A stretch of DNA of 58,386 nt from Xylographa opegraphella (lineage: Eukaryota), in contig JALDZX010000062.1 of assembly GCA_022813865.1 (NCBI GenBank), forward strand, positions 62,001 through 120,386, written 5' to 3'. The notes below the pieces were generated by a model, which was not told where the DNA came from, made no database searches, and saw only the letters and a program-made list of their open reading frames with translations. The position numbers and the translations under genes are program-made. This document shows, piece after piece, positions 1 to 11,481 of this stretch; the first letter of the stretch is position 1; each line of letters opens with the position of its first letter.

Positions 1-278
1 ACTTCGGCCAGTATAGCGAATCGTGCAAGCAATCCTCTTCGTTGAGATCTCGGCGTCTTTACGGCCGCCGGTGTTACGGAGACGGCGTCTGAATCATGGA
101 CTTGTGCTTCCACATCTCCCTCTCGGACCTCCTCAGCGCTTGCAGTTGGACTTGAGTCCGCGGGCGGAGACACCTGGATCTCCTTACTGCGATATGAATC
201 ATCGTTGATGGGAGTCGAGGGGTTGGAGCCATCCTTTTCGTCCAGTGGCTGGAGAGATTTCTTACAGATGTCTGCCAT
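1..278 (-). CDS. 5' part of a probable MFS (DHA1-type) transporter, runs off the window
   Basis: Manual translation of the minus strand from ATG at 278 is open to the edge: MADICKKSLQPLDEKDG...GDVEAQ...KTPRSQRRGLLARFAILAEV. An acidic N-tail followed by RRGLLARF..(L)AEV resembles the region before TM1 in fungal DHA1 transporters (recalled family pattern). Not in the ORF track because it has no stop inside the window. Confidence 0.6.
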   Translation of the reverse strand, partial: MADICKKSLQPLDEKDGSNPSTPINDDSYRSKEIQVSPPADSSPTASAEEVREGDVEAQVHDSDAVSVTPAAVKTPRSQRRGLLARFAILAE

Positions 279-1215
279 ATGTACCTAGAAACGGCAAACT
301 TTAGTAATCAAAGTCTTATCATTGGGAAATCCCTCGCATTGCTGACTTATTTCGCTGGTTGCTACCAGAGCCAGACTATTTCTCCCCACTGTATACTAAA
401 GCGAACAATACCATAGGCACGAGGTAGTGGAGACGAGGAGCGACAACTCGGGGATTGGGTAGTCGGTGGAACGACAAGGTGAGGTTCGGATCCCAAACCT
501 CTCCATGGCTGCACCGCGATAATTCGCAATCATTCACCTGTACTGGCGTGAGCGGAGAGCGACTCGAATGAGTGCCGGGAAGCCGAGTAGGGTTTCGCGC
601 TCTCTAGGTAAGCATGCCGTTTTTGCCGCTGACGTATCCAGCAGAGACTAGTGGATCAGCCGTAACATTGCGGAGTTAGTGTCCTAGTGGATAGCAGTTC
701 GCCGGTTAAGAATCTCCTCCACACTCAACCTTGCACCGATCTGTCGAAGGTAAACCAACATGCTCTTGTCACGTGCCACACAGACTCTCTCGTCCCGACA
801 TTCGATTTTCTGTATATTCTTGGCTGCACGCGGCAGGGCAGAATATAGATAAGTACGCACTGTTTGTATGTCATAGCACGGGTTGGGTTAAATCTTTCCA
901 CCGAAAGTGTCAAGTTAACGACCGTAGGACAACAATCGATCCAAATAGTTGCCCTTGTCTCAGTAGCTGGCATGACCGGGTAATAACGAGATGCTCAGAG
1001 TGATGTTTGGGAGTGCATTATTAGTATCGCCAAGTGATATGATATGCTGGTCATTTACCGTTCGGGCTTAGCCTTGCTGTGTAATAAATCTTCGTATCAT
1101 AGATTGGTAAATACGAATTCTTCACGTTCTGATACTTCTCCTTTTCAGTAGAACTGGATTCCAAGCGTCACGGTTTCAGTGTGTTGTCCTTTGTCTTTTA
1201 GTAGATTATAGAAAC

Positions 1216-2133
1216 ATGGCCGCTCCTGAAGCTGGCCGTCTACAGCAGCTATTCTCAGGGCCTGTGGCCGATAACCAAGGTCGCTGGTCTCAGCTATGGG
1301 ATGCTGGTGACTTTTTGCCTTTTGATAGGGGTTTTCCAAACCCAGCCCTCGAGGACTCCCTAATCCAACGTGAAAAGTTCCTGGGAACTGCTACTCAGTA
1401 TGCGGATGGTAGCAAGCATACCACGAGAAAAACGGCTCTCGTTCCAGGTTGTGGTCGCGGCTACGATGTGCTTCTACTGGCCAGCTTCGGATACGACTCT
1501 TACGGCTTAGAGATCAGTGAGACGGCCGTGCAGAGATGTAAGGAGGAATCTGTGAAGAACGGGCATAAGTATCCGGTGAAAGATGAAGGAGTCGGTGCCG
1601 GTCGAGTAGTATTCATTCATGGTGACTTTTTCGACTCAACGACTTGGAAAGGAGACGTCGATTCTCTAGGATCTGAAAGAAAATTCGATCTGATCTATGA
1701 CTATACGGTACGAAGTCCTCCCGGCGACTCTCTCATGCCGGGGTATAAAAGTAGTGGCGACCTGAGCCTGTAAACTAAAACATCTTGATAGTTCTTGTGT
1801 GCTCTCCACCCTAGCATGCGTCCGGCTTGGTCGAAGCAGATGAGAAGCCTCTTAACGACGAAGGGCCGTTTGATATGTGTTGAGTTTCCTAGCTATAAAT
1901 CACTCTCCGCTCCGGGACCTCCCTGGGCTTTACGACCAGAGATTTACCTTGAACACCTTGGTCACCCCGACAAAAACCTTCCGTATGGTGAGAACGGGGA
2001 GATCGAAGTCAATGTCTCTGGGCCGCCGGAGGAAGGTTCGTTGCAGAGACTGGCTCATTGGCAGCCGCAGCGAACGCATGAAATTGGCAAAGGAACTGAC
2101 TGGGTGAGCATTTGGTGCCGCATGAGTAGCTAG
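1216..2133 (+). CDS. SAM-dependent thiol/halide methyltransferase (TPMT family)
   Basis: Motifs ALVPGCGRGYD, GLEIS, GDFF, FDLIYDYT|FLCAL..MR..W and GPP(W). One intron at 1708-1791 (GTACGA..ATAG) joins ORFs 1216 and 1795 in frame. Confidence 0.9.
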
Positions 2134-2199
2134 AAGTGCCATTTCGATAGCCGAATGAGGCTGGAGCTAATTCCAAGCACATTTGCAATCTCTGCCCCT

Positions 2200-3075
2200 T
2201 CAAGGCGAAGCTCGCAACGAGTTGTAATGTTCACCTAGACCGAATGAATGCCGGTAATATGCGAGCCAGATCGGCTGCCCGCTGTCTTCAACTCCTGCTT
2301 CGATTTTCTCCACTCTTCCGTCACCCTGCAGGACGTTGATGTTCAGACCATACGCTCTAGCCAGAGCTGAGAGCTCGAGCTGTCCGCCCCATTCAGCAGT
2401 GTCCTTGATCTTGACAACGTAGTCTTCAAGTGGCTCTTCCAAGAATGGAGAAAAGTCATCTGCGTGATTAGAGATAAAATTTGCTGCAACGTGACGCACA
2501 GACCTATAGTCAGGCTTGACATCCTCGTCTCCCCCCACAGCCTGTACAATGCGTCGTGTCGAAAGTTGATCAGCTACGGCGGAATAGAGGCAATGACCAT
2601 CGGGCCGAATTTCTACCTCCTCTAAGCCTCGAACCTTCAATTCTTTTTCCATCACAAGGCGTTCATTCGCTCTCAGATCAGGTAAACTGGCAGCTTCAGC
2701 AGTAGCTCGAGCAATCACGGCCTCTTGTTCCGCTGCGCGCCGTGCGAGCCGCGCCTTTTGGCGGTTGGGCTTTTTGCCCTGCAAAGGTGCAGGCGACATC
2801 TCGGGGCCATAGAGATTCCCTGTACTGTTTTCCATTGGCGTCGGATCCCGAATGTCCTCTTCTGCATCCGACGCAGCCTTATCATCATGAACTTGTCCAT
2901 TGCCGGTTGCAGCCGATAATTCTGTACTATGTCGTTCCGCTAATTGTCTCTCGAGCTCGGCGCACTCATCATTAATCCCTTTCCGGGTTTTCTTCGTTGC
3001 GGCTTTCTTCTTCTGTGTAATTTTGGATTGGAGGTCACGCTGTTCCTGGCGATATTTCCTGATGAGCTCTTCCAT
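2200..3075 (-). CDS. OTU2: OTU-domain deubiquitinase (Otu2/OTUD6-like)
   Basis: Intronless 291 aa ORF with an N-terminal coiled coil, catalytic box PDGHCLYSAVADQL, WGGQLEL and C-terminal LGEHYNSL. Confidence 0.92.
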   Translation of the reverse strand: MEELIRKYRQEQRDLQSKITQKKKAATKKTRKGINDECAELERQLAERHSTELSAATGNGQVHDDKAASDAEEDIRDPTPMENSTGNLYGPEMSPAPLQGKKPNRQKARLARRAAEQEAVIARATAEAASLPDLRANERLVMEKELKVRGLEEVEIRPDGHCLYSAVADQLSTRRIVQAVGGDEDVKPDYRSVRHVAANFISNHADDFSPFLEEPLEDYVVKIKDTAEWGGQLELSALARAYGLNINVLQGDGRVEKIEAGVEDSGQPIWLAYYRHSFGLGEHYNSLRASP

Positions 3076-3180
3076 TTGAGTAAAGGCTTAGGTTCGTCGC
3101 TAATTGTTGGCTACTATTTTCGTTTTCGTGTATCCCAGGACTAGGGTCCAAACAGGCGAGACGAGACAGGGTTGAATGAG

Positions 3181-3186
3181 CCGAGG
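3181..3186. promoter_or_regulatory. Candidate FarA/FarB (CCTCGG) site, distal, in the OTU2-ICL1 divergent intergenic region
   Basis: CCGAGG is seen directly. CCTCGG is the established FarA-type element upstream of fatty-acid and glyoxylate-cycle genes in filamentous ascomycetes. A 6-mer can occur by chance. Confidence 0.4.
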
Positions 3187-3540
3187 TCTGAACTTCCGTA
3201 CAACCTGACGGTTCAACGAACTCCTCATTCTTCCTGAACTGCCAACAGTAAGTTACGACGACAGCAGTGATGTTGAGATATAATATCAAATCTGAAGGCT
3301 TCTCCAGTCGTCCGAAAAGGCTATTGATTAAAATATGACGCCGATAGGGAGACTTGAAGACTAATAAGCAATTACACGTCTTGCACGAGGAGCTCTCCCA
3401 TGCCGGCCTTCTAGACTCTCTCGCCCTGATGCCTTACTTTCTTCCCGCCCCAGCTAATGAAGACGATGCTCGCACATGATGTGGAGGTTCCCGGGAGAGG
3501 TCAGCCCATTTGCGGGCACGAGCCCGGCACTGCCTTTAGT

Positions 3541-3546
3541 CCGAGG
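3541..3546. promoter_or_regulatory. Candidate FarA/FarB (CCTCGG) site, proximal to ICL1
   Basis: A second CCGAGG lies about 160 bp upstream of the ICL1 start. A CreA-type SYGGRG (GTGGAG) is at 3481-3486. Confidence 0.5.
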
Positions 3547-3706
3547 CGTTCCTTACGTACGGCCAAAAGCTTGTGATCTATATTCACCAGCACCCCGCAA
3601 CTTCCATTTTTGCTTGCAATTCTCGTTTTTGTCGAATTGACTCTTGCTCTAATTCCAGCTATCTTTGTGGAATCTATTGCTCTGCGCTTCTCCAATCGTA
3701 CCCACA

Positions 3707-5541
3707 ATGCAGATTACTGAGATGTCTGCATTGGACCAAGAGGAGCAGAGATACCAGGATGATGTGAATGCAGTTAAACAGTGGTGGACCGATTCGAGAT
3801 GGAGGTTCACCAAGCGCCCATTCACGGCCGAGCAGATTGTAGCGAAGCGAGGGAATCTCAGGATTGAGTACCCCAGTAATGATCAGAGCAAAAAGTTATG
3901 GCAGATTGTGGAAGGCCGATTCAGAGTATACGACGATTGAGGCAGCTCAGGGCGTTGATGCTGACGAATGCAGGATGGCGATGCGAGTTTTACGTATGGC
4001 TGTTTGGAGCCCACCATGCTCACGCAAATGGCAAAATATCTTGATACCGTTTATGTATCTGGCTGGCAATGTTCTTCGACTGCTTCATCGACGGATGAGC
4101 CTTCACCGGATCTCGCTGACTATCCTATGGTATGGCGTGCTTATTGTCCGCAAGGAATCAAGACATTTGACTTGCGATAGAATACTGTACCCAACAAAGT
4201 CCAGCAGCTCTTCATGGCACAGCTCTTCCACGACCGAAAGCAACGAGAAGAACGTATAACGACCCCCAAAGCGCAGAGGGGAAACATCGCCAACACGGAT
4301 TTCCTGCGGCCGATAGTTGCAGACGCGGATACTGGACATGGCGGGCTTACAGCAATCATGAAGCTCACGAAGCTTTTCATCGAAAAGGGCGCAGCAGGTA
4401 TACATATTGAAGATCAAGCGCCAGGAACAAAGAAATGTGGTCATATGGCCGGCAAGGTCCTCGTGCCGATTAGCGAACATATCAATCGTCTAGTTGCAAT
4501 CAGGGCCCAAGCGGACATTATGGGTAATAATATTTCAAAACCCCCGTTGACAGGTGCTGTACTGATGGATTACAGGCACCGATCTCCTTGCCGTGGCAAG
4601 GACTGACTCGGAAGCTGCTACTCTAATCACATCGACCATTGATCCACGAGACCATGCTTTTATCCTTGGCTCAACTAATCCAGCATTGCAACCGTTGAAC
4701 GATTTGATGGTCGCCGCAGAGCAGGCTGGAAAATCAGGTGATGAGCTACAGGCTATTGAGGACCAATGGCTTGCACATGCCGGCCTGAAGCTCTTCGATG
4801 AACATGTTATTAAAACCATAAATGCAGGCGTTCATGTAAACAAGAAGGGGCTGATCAGTGAGTACACATCAATGGTCAAAGGCAAGAGCCAGTCAGAGTC
4901 AAGAGCAATCGCCAAAGGTCTTACCGGCGTCGATGTTTACTGGAACTGGGATTCGCCGCGGACCAGGGAAGGTTTCTATCGATACCAAGGTGGATGCGGA
5001 TGCGCTATTAACCGAGCCATTGCCTATGCTCCATATGCCGACATGATATGGATGGAAAGCAAGTTGCCGGATTATAAACAGGCAGAAGAATTTGCTAACG
5101 GAGTTCACGCCGTATGGCCAGAACAAAAGTATGTTCTCAATCGTACAAGTAAGGGTTAGCAAAGCCGCTAACATAAACTCTAGGCTCTCCTACAATCTTT
5201 CTCCATCTTTCAACTGGAAAACAGCCATGTCTCGTGACGAGCAAGAGACATACATCAAGCGTCTTGCCAGACTAGGTTACTGTTGGCAATTCATCACCCT
5301 TGCTGGACTTCATACCACAGCATTGATATCAGACCAGTTCTCAAGGGCATATGCCAAGCAAGGAATGCGTGCCTATGGCGAACTCGTCCAAGAGCCAGAG
5401 ATGGAGAACAAAATCGACGTGGTAACTCATCAGAAGTGGTCGGGCGCGAATTATGTGGATAATATGTTAAAAATGGTTACTGGGGGAGTATCAAGTACAA
5501 GCGCTATGGGAAAAGGCGTTACCGAAGATCAATTTAAATAA
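3707..5541 (+). CDS. ICL1: Isocitrate lyase (glyoxylate cycle)
   Basis: Catalytic KKCGH motif ([15 protein letters not shown]), [28 protein letters not shown] and C-terminal VTEDQFK. Four short introns join the ORF pieces. The start is either ATG 3707 (CACAATG context) or 3722. Confidence 0.97.
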
Positions 5542-5865
5542 TGAAGAAATAGAAGAGGCTCAGAAGATCCTTAGTGAAGAATACTAACAGACGTTTATTT
5601 CTGCGACAACATCCCCGAGAGATATCTAGCTGATATGAGCATGAGGAATTGTACAGAGGCTCAAGAAAAGAGCAATATATGTAATCTTATTGAACAACTC
5701 TTGATCATCCCATTGGTTTATTTAAATCTATGTTATTGAAACAAGCCGACAGTTTAGTCCGTACATCGTGATTGAATTGCGATGAGGACCGGGAGTAGGT
5801 ACCTTAGATACGTTTATCAGGTGAAGTGTTTCCCCCGTACTGCGATGGCCGCAGATTCGCCGAGG

Positions 5866-5875
5866 CCGATCTCGG
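5866..5875. promoter_or_regulatory. Leu3/LeuB-type site CCG-N4-CGG upstream of ILV5
   Basis: CCGATCTCGG lies about 120 bp before the ILV5 ATG. CCG-N4-CGG is the established Leu3 consensus and ILV5 is a classical Leu3 target. Confidence 0.6.
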
Positions 5876-5995
5876 TGACGCTAGCATCAGCCCTAAATAA
5901 ATTCCAGAAGCACAATTTTGTCCGCAACAGCCCAGGAAATACAACATACCATTGACCTAGTAAACCTCCCAAACTGCCTTAAAAAATTCTACATC

Positions 5996-7469
5996 ATGGC
6001 TTCCCGCAGCTTCAGCTTCAGCAAAGCTCTCCGTTCGCCATTAGCCCGTCAACTTGTTGTACCGCCAACTTCGCGTGGGATCTCAGGTGCAGCTCTTGCT
6101 GGTGTACGAGCTACTTTCGCCGGTTCTGTGAAAGCTTCATCATGCGGCGCAATTCAGCAAATCCGAGGTGTGAAGACAATCGACTTTGCGGGTCATAAGG
6201 AAAAGGTCTTTGGTAAGGTCTCGAATTTGCAATGCGAGATGTCCGGCAAGCTGACAGGGTGACTCAGAACGTGAGGACTGGCCAAGAGAAAAGCTACTCG
6301 TGCGTGCCATTCTGTTGCGAGCGAATCTATACTTTGAAATCTCGTGGATTATGTCACACGTTTGATATGCTGACATTAATATAGGAATACTTCAAGAACG
6401 ACACATTAGCGTTGATCGGGTATGGCTCACAAGGGCATGGTCAAGGCCTCAATTTGCGCGACAACGGTTTGAATGTCATTATTGGAGTTAGAAAGAATGG
6501 TGCTTCATGGAAAGAAGCTCAACAAGATGGTTGGATTCCAGGAACAAACTTGTTTGAGATGGACGAGGCTATCTCGAGAGGTACTATAGTCATGAACCTT
6601 CTCAGTGACGCTGCGCAAAGTGAAACATGGCCTGCAATCAAGCCGCAGCTCACCAAGGGCAAGGTATTATGTCCTCTTCTAGGCCAATCTCAAGTATACG
6701 TCTGCTAATTCGTATTAGACTCTATACTTCTCGCACGGATTTTCGCCTGTCTTCAAAGATCTTACTAAAGTTGACGTGCCAACAGATATCGATGTGATTC
6801 TTGTTGCACCAAAAGGTTCTGGACGTACCGTTCGAACTCTATTCAGGGAGGGACGCGGTATCAACTCGTCTATCGCGGTGTTTCAAGACGTGACTGGCAA
6901 AGCAGAGGAAAAGGCCGTTGCTCTGGGTGTAGCCGTGGGTAGTGGTTATCTTTACAAGACCACCTTCGAAAAAGAAGTGTATTCCGATCTCTATGGGGAG
7001 CGCGGCTGTCTGATGGGTGGTATTCACGGTATGTTCCTCGCTCAATACGAGGTTCTCCGCGAGAGAGGCCACAGTCCCAGCGAAGCATTCAACGAGACAG
7101 TCGAGGAAGCTACGCAGAGCTTGTATCCATTGATCGGGGCGAACGGCATGGACTGGATGTATGCAGCTTGTTCCACTACCGCGAGACGAGGAGCTATTGA
7201 TTGGAGCACCAAGTTCAAGGACACACTCAAGCCAGTGTTCAATGAGCTATACGACAGTGTGAAAGATGGATCCGAGACGAAGCGGTCTTTGGAGTATAAC
7301 TCGCAGCCAGACTACAGAGAGAAATACGAAAAGGAGATGCAGGAGATTAGAGATCTCGAAATATGGCGCGCTGGAAAGGCTGTGAGGTAAGCCGAGTGTC
7401 CAAACCACATTGAAGTGGTATTGACATTGACATTCAAACAGGTCGCTCCGTCCTGAAAACAACATTTAA
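5996..7469 (+). CDS. ILV5: Mitochondrial ketol-acid reductoisomerase
   Basis: Basic S/R/A-rich presequence, IGYGSQGHGQGLNLRDNG, APKGSGRTVR, SDLYGERGCLMG and C-terminal VRSLRPENNI*. Four introns, including a micro-exon (ERED WPREKLL) at about 6269-6299. Confidence 0.97.
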
Positions 7470-7787
7470 ACCTGGATGGGTAAAATGCTATTGGTTGATC
7501 ATGTTCTTTGGAGTTCTGAGCAGATGACAAGCCATGTAATATACCACTGTGCATCAGCTGTTTTGCGAAGGAAAAGTTCTTGCTTCAACAAGAAGCTTTC
7601 AGGAGTCCGATAGCGGCCAGCGACATTAGCCGCTTCTAGGCCGGCGCTATCAGAATGACATCTTTCTACCTTTTGTGCAACAGCACTTTTTTGCATCCGT
7701 GATTGTGACTCTTCCAATCTACTCACTTGCATGCTGACCATGTAGATATCTGCTCAAATTTACCCACTATCAGAAGCGCAGCACTCA

Positions 7788-9192
7788 ATGGCCGACCTCT
7801 CGCGATGTCTCCCACTGGAGCGCTCCTCTGTCGAGGCCGCTCACGAGCTCATCAAGCCGTACATCCACGAGACTCCGGTCCTCACATGCCAAACCCTCAA
7901 CGACCTCGCCTCGACGCCCCAGCGACCGTCTGCCCTTGTAGGTACCCCATTTGAGGGCCAGCGTCCTGCCTCGCCAAAAATCAACTTCTTCTTCAAATGC
8001 GAAAACTACCAGCGCATTGGGGCCTTCAAGATCCGCGGCGCCTCGTACGCGCTCGAGCGTCTGTCCAAAGACGAGCTGCGCAACGGCGTCGTGACACACA
8101 GCTCTGGTACCATGCCCTCCTCACCTAAACCCCCCCACCTTACCTTAACTGACCCCGCCCCCTTCTCTTTCCACAGGCAACCATGCCCAGGCCCTCGCCC
8201 TCGCCGCCCGCACGCGCCACGTTCGCGCCCACATCGTCATGCCGACCATCAGCACCCCGTCCAAGATTGCCGCCACGCAGGGCTACGGCGCGGACGTCAT
8301 CTTCAGCGGCAGCACGTCGGAAGAGCGCGAGGCCGTCGTGGAGGACGTCATCAAGCGCACGGGCGCCACCCTCGTTCCACCCTACGACCACCCGGACATC
8401 ATCCTCGGCCAGGGCACCATGGCGCTGGAGCTGGAGGCGCAGGTGCGCGAGCTGGTGCGCCAGGACCCGGCGCTGAGTGTGCGGTACACGAGCACGGCGA
8501 ACGGCAAGGGCAACGGTACGCCTCAGGATGCGAGACACGGAAATGGTCCCTCGCATCCATTGCCGCTGCCGCCGACGAAAGCCACTCCCGGCGCGTGCGT
8601 GCCCCCCTCTCAGCGCGCGGGCCACTACCCGCACCTGCACGCCGTGCTCGCGCCCCTCGGCGGCGGCGGCATGCTCTCCGGCATCGCGACGGCGCTGGCC
8701 CCAACGCCGTCGCTCGTCTTCGGGGCGGAGCCGTCCTTCCAGGGCGCGGACGACGGCCGGCGCGGCCTGCAGCAGGGCGCGCGCATCGCGTCCGTCAAGA
8801 CGCTCACCATCGCCGACGGCCTGCGCACGCCGCTGAGCCCGCTGACGTGGAGCATCGTCAGCGACGCGCGCCTGGTCGCGGGCGTGTACGCGGTCGACGA
8901 GGAGCAGATCAAAGCGGCCATGCGGCTCGTGTTTGAGCGTATGAAGGTCGTTGTCGAACCGAGCGCTGTGGTGGGGCTGGCGGTCGCGCTGTGGGACGAG
9001 GGCTTCAGGCAGCTGGTGGAGGAGAGGGGGGGGGAGGGGGGTTGGGATGTTGGGGTCGTGTTTAGTGGGGGGAATGTCGGCGTTGAGGCGCTGGGGGGGC
9101 TGTTTGCAGCCGAGGGCGGCGGGGGGACAGAGAGGGAGGTGGGGACGGTGGGGAGGGAGGGCGAGAGGGTGGCGGAGAATGTGGCTGGCTGA
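7788..9192 (+). CDS. PLP-dependent serine racemase / threo-hydroxyaspartate (Ser/Thr) dehydratase, SRY1-like
   Basis: PLP lysine motif FKCENYQRIGAFKIRGA, THSSG|NHAQA across an intron at about 8107-8177, PPYDHPDIILGQGT, GGGGMLSG, TIADGL, VVEPSA and SGGN. Confidence 0.9.
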
Positions 9193-9979
9193 TGGGGGAG
9201 GTGGAGGGATGTTGAGAAGTGGTCGGTGGGGATGGGAATCAGTGCTTAAAAGTCCCGGACGGCCAGGCCTTTGAGGTGAGGCCCACACTCCGGGGTTCTT
9301 GATATGTTTCCCTCCATATTTATAAAAGTATTTAGACTCCTCCACGTGGGTTTGGAACTCCCATTGCACAAACTTATCACTTGGTACCAGCCGCCGTCCG
9401 TGATGCCCTTGTTCTGGAAATCGTAGTGACCATCGGGATTCGTGCCGATAATCGGGGGGACAGCGGACGACGGGTGCCGATCGCGACACAGCCATTGATT
9501 CATCTATGCACGCTGGTAGATGAGTGTGCAGGCGACGAAACGGTGGGTGGTGAACGAGCTTTCCCACACACGGCTGTGTTCAATGGGACGAGTGGGTTTC
9601 TCCTCGCGGTGCAGCTTGCGATTGCGATCAAGGCCATGATAGTTTCCTATTTCACGGTGGACCTTTTCAGACGTGTGAAGGATCACTCCGATTTTTCATT
9701 AGATCACCGGGAGGTTTCTATCTTCAAACAATAGTAGTAGGGCAGGATTTGATAAAACAGAACCCGGTATGATCTTAGGCTGTACAGGTTGGATTCCTTT
9801 CCGGTAAAAATAAGCCGCCTTCCTGGTTCGAAATTCCCGTGCTATGGCCACAGACCATTCGCATACCGGGATCCCATTGCCCTTGGTATCACACATCTAA
9901 CCCGCTGCGGCGGCGCTCGCTAAAATTCAATATCATCGAACGACAGCCCAATGCTTTATACATATCCGGAAAAAGACAA

Positions 9980-11481
9980 TCACCCACAATCCATTCCGTC
10001 CTCACAATAATTCCTCACCCTCTGTCCCAAACACGCCCTCTCCTCCGCCAGCGCCTCGTACCTCGCCAACAGGTCCGTCTCGCGCATGCCTTCCTTCTGT
10101 GGACCGAAGCTAAAGTGGCTGACAACCGCCTTCGTATCAATCAGGAGCGGTCGTCCTCTTCGCTTCGGGACGTCGCTCGTCAGCTCCTGTTCGTCATCCT
10201 GGATAGGCAGGTTGGCGCGCACGTCGTGGCCCCAGATGGCGATGAAGTTGAGGTTGTACCGGTCGTACTGCATGTCCCATATGCCATCGGAGTCGCCAAA
10301 GTGGTATTTGTGGATGTGGTTGGTCTCGATATTGGATAGTAGGGAGTAGTGCTGCTGCGCAGCGATGGCCCAGGAGCCCCATGCGAAGCCAAAGGCGTCA
10401 TACGCAGCGCGGGCGATGGGCGTCCTCTGCAGATTCTGCGAACTTCGAGGAAGGGGCAGCCAGCGGTGGTTACTGTAGGTGGGCCCACCGGGCTCGCCGA
10501 CGGAGGGAAGGGGGTAGCCATCTCTGATGTCGCCGAAGTCGTACGTAGGATCAACAGGAGTAGAGTAAAAAGGTAGCGAGGAAGCACGCCAGGTGGAGTT
10601 TTGGCTGGTGTGGTTATGAGGAGAAGAGGGTTCAGGAAGGTAGGGGAGGACAGCGCCAGTGCGGACGTGGAACCAATTGGTGAGGGGGCTATTGACAATG
10701 TTGGCTGCGATGTCGAAAGCGGAAGGGTGGGCAATGCGTGATTGTACAAGGCGCGGAATGGCATCTTCGTGGATATAGACCATGTCGTCGTCGATCTTAA
10801 TATAAAGGGTGTTGTTGTCCACGGCGTGTTCCCAGATGGACTGAAACCCAAGATGCTTCAGATGATATGCCTTGTATGAATCCGTGGTATTGACGAGGGT
10901 GTCAAGGTAGTTGAGGTCGTGCTGCTTATCCGTGTTCACCATCCAGTGGACCTCATCAAGATAGCCACCGTTTATTGCTAGGTTGCGCTTCAGGTAGCAG
11001 TCTAATATGCTAACGTATTTTGGTCGGCCGTCTGAGAGAAAGTCAGCCGTTCCTTCTGCTGATCTGTAGCAGCTTAAGACTCACAGAAGATCAAAGCTAC
11101 TATCTTGAACCCTTCCGGCTTCACCCAGTCCGGCGAGTCATGCTCCCGATCAGTAACTCCCAACCTTGTCTTCCTGACCGATGTGCTCAAGCCTAAGGTG
11201 TACGCCAGCAGAAGAAAGACAAGGAGAGTCACACAATAGCAGATCCGATTCAGGGCAAGCCAGCTGCACTTGAATCGCCTTTTCGCAGATGATCGTCGAT
11301 CATACAGACCGAGCTCTTTGTACTCGGCCATGCTTGAGGTGTCTGAATAATCCGCGTTCTCCTCGTCTGGCAGGTGTGAAGAGTTGCGCTCGATGCGTGC
11401 TGAATCGAAGTCATCCAGACCATCATCGCTGGATGTAGTCGAGTCGAGAAGCCGACGACTATCAGCCTGTTCCCTTCCCAT
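9980..11481 (-). CDS. Uncharacterised type II membrane protein, putative GT-A-like glycosyltransferase
   Basis: Acidic N-tail, single TM (ICYCVTLLVFLLLAYTLGL), intron at about 11032-11083, then GRPKYVSILDCYL..N, LYIKIDDDMVYI (DxD-like) and VVSHFSFGPQ. The function is inferred only. Confidence 0.65.

Noticed and set aside
5521..5544. Missing PTS1 or read-through targeting signal on isocitrate lyase
   Set aside because: Ascomycete ICLs commonly lack a C-terminal PTS1, and the tandem TAA TGA stop argues against read-through.
8140..9567. 475-aa antisense ORF and other long alternative-frame ORFs over the dehydratase, ERV1 and HEM4 genes
   Set aside because: Shadow ORFs caused by high GC and few stop codons; the translations are low-complexity with no motifs.
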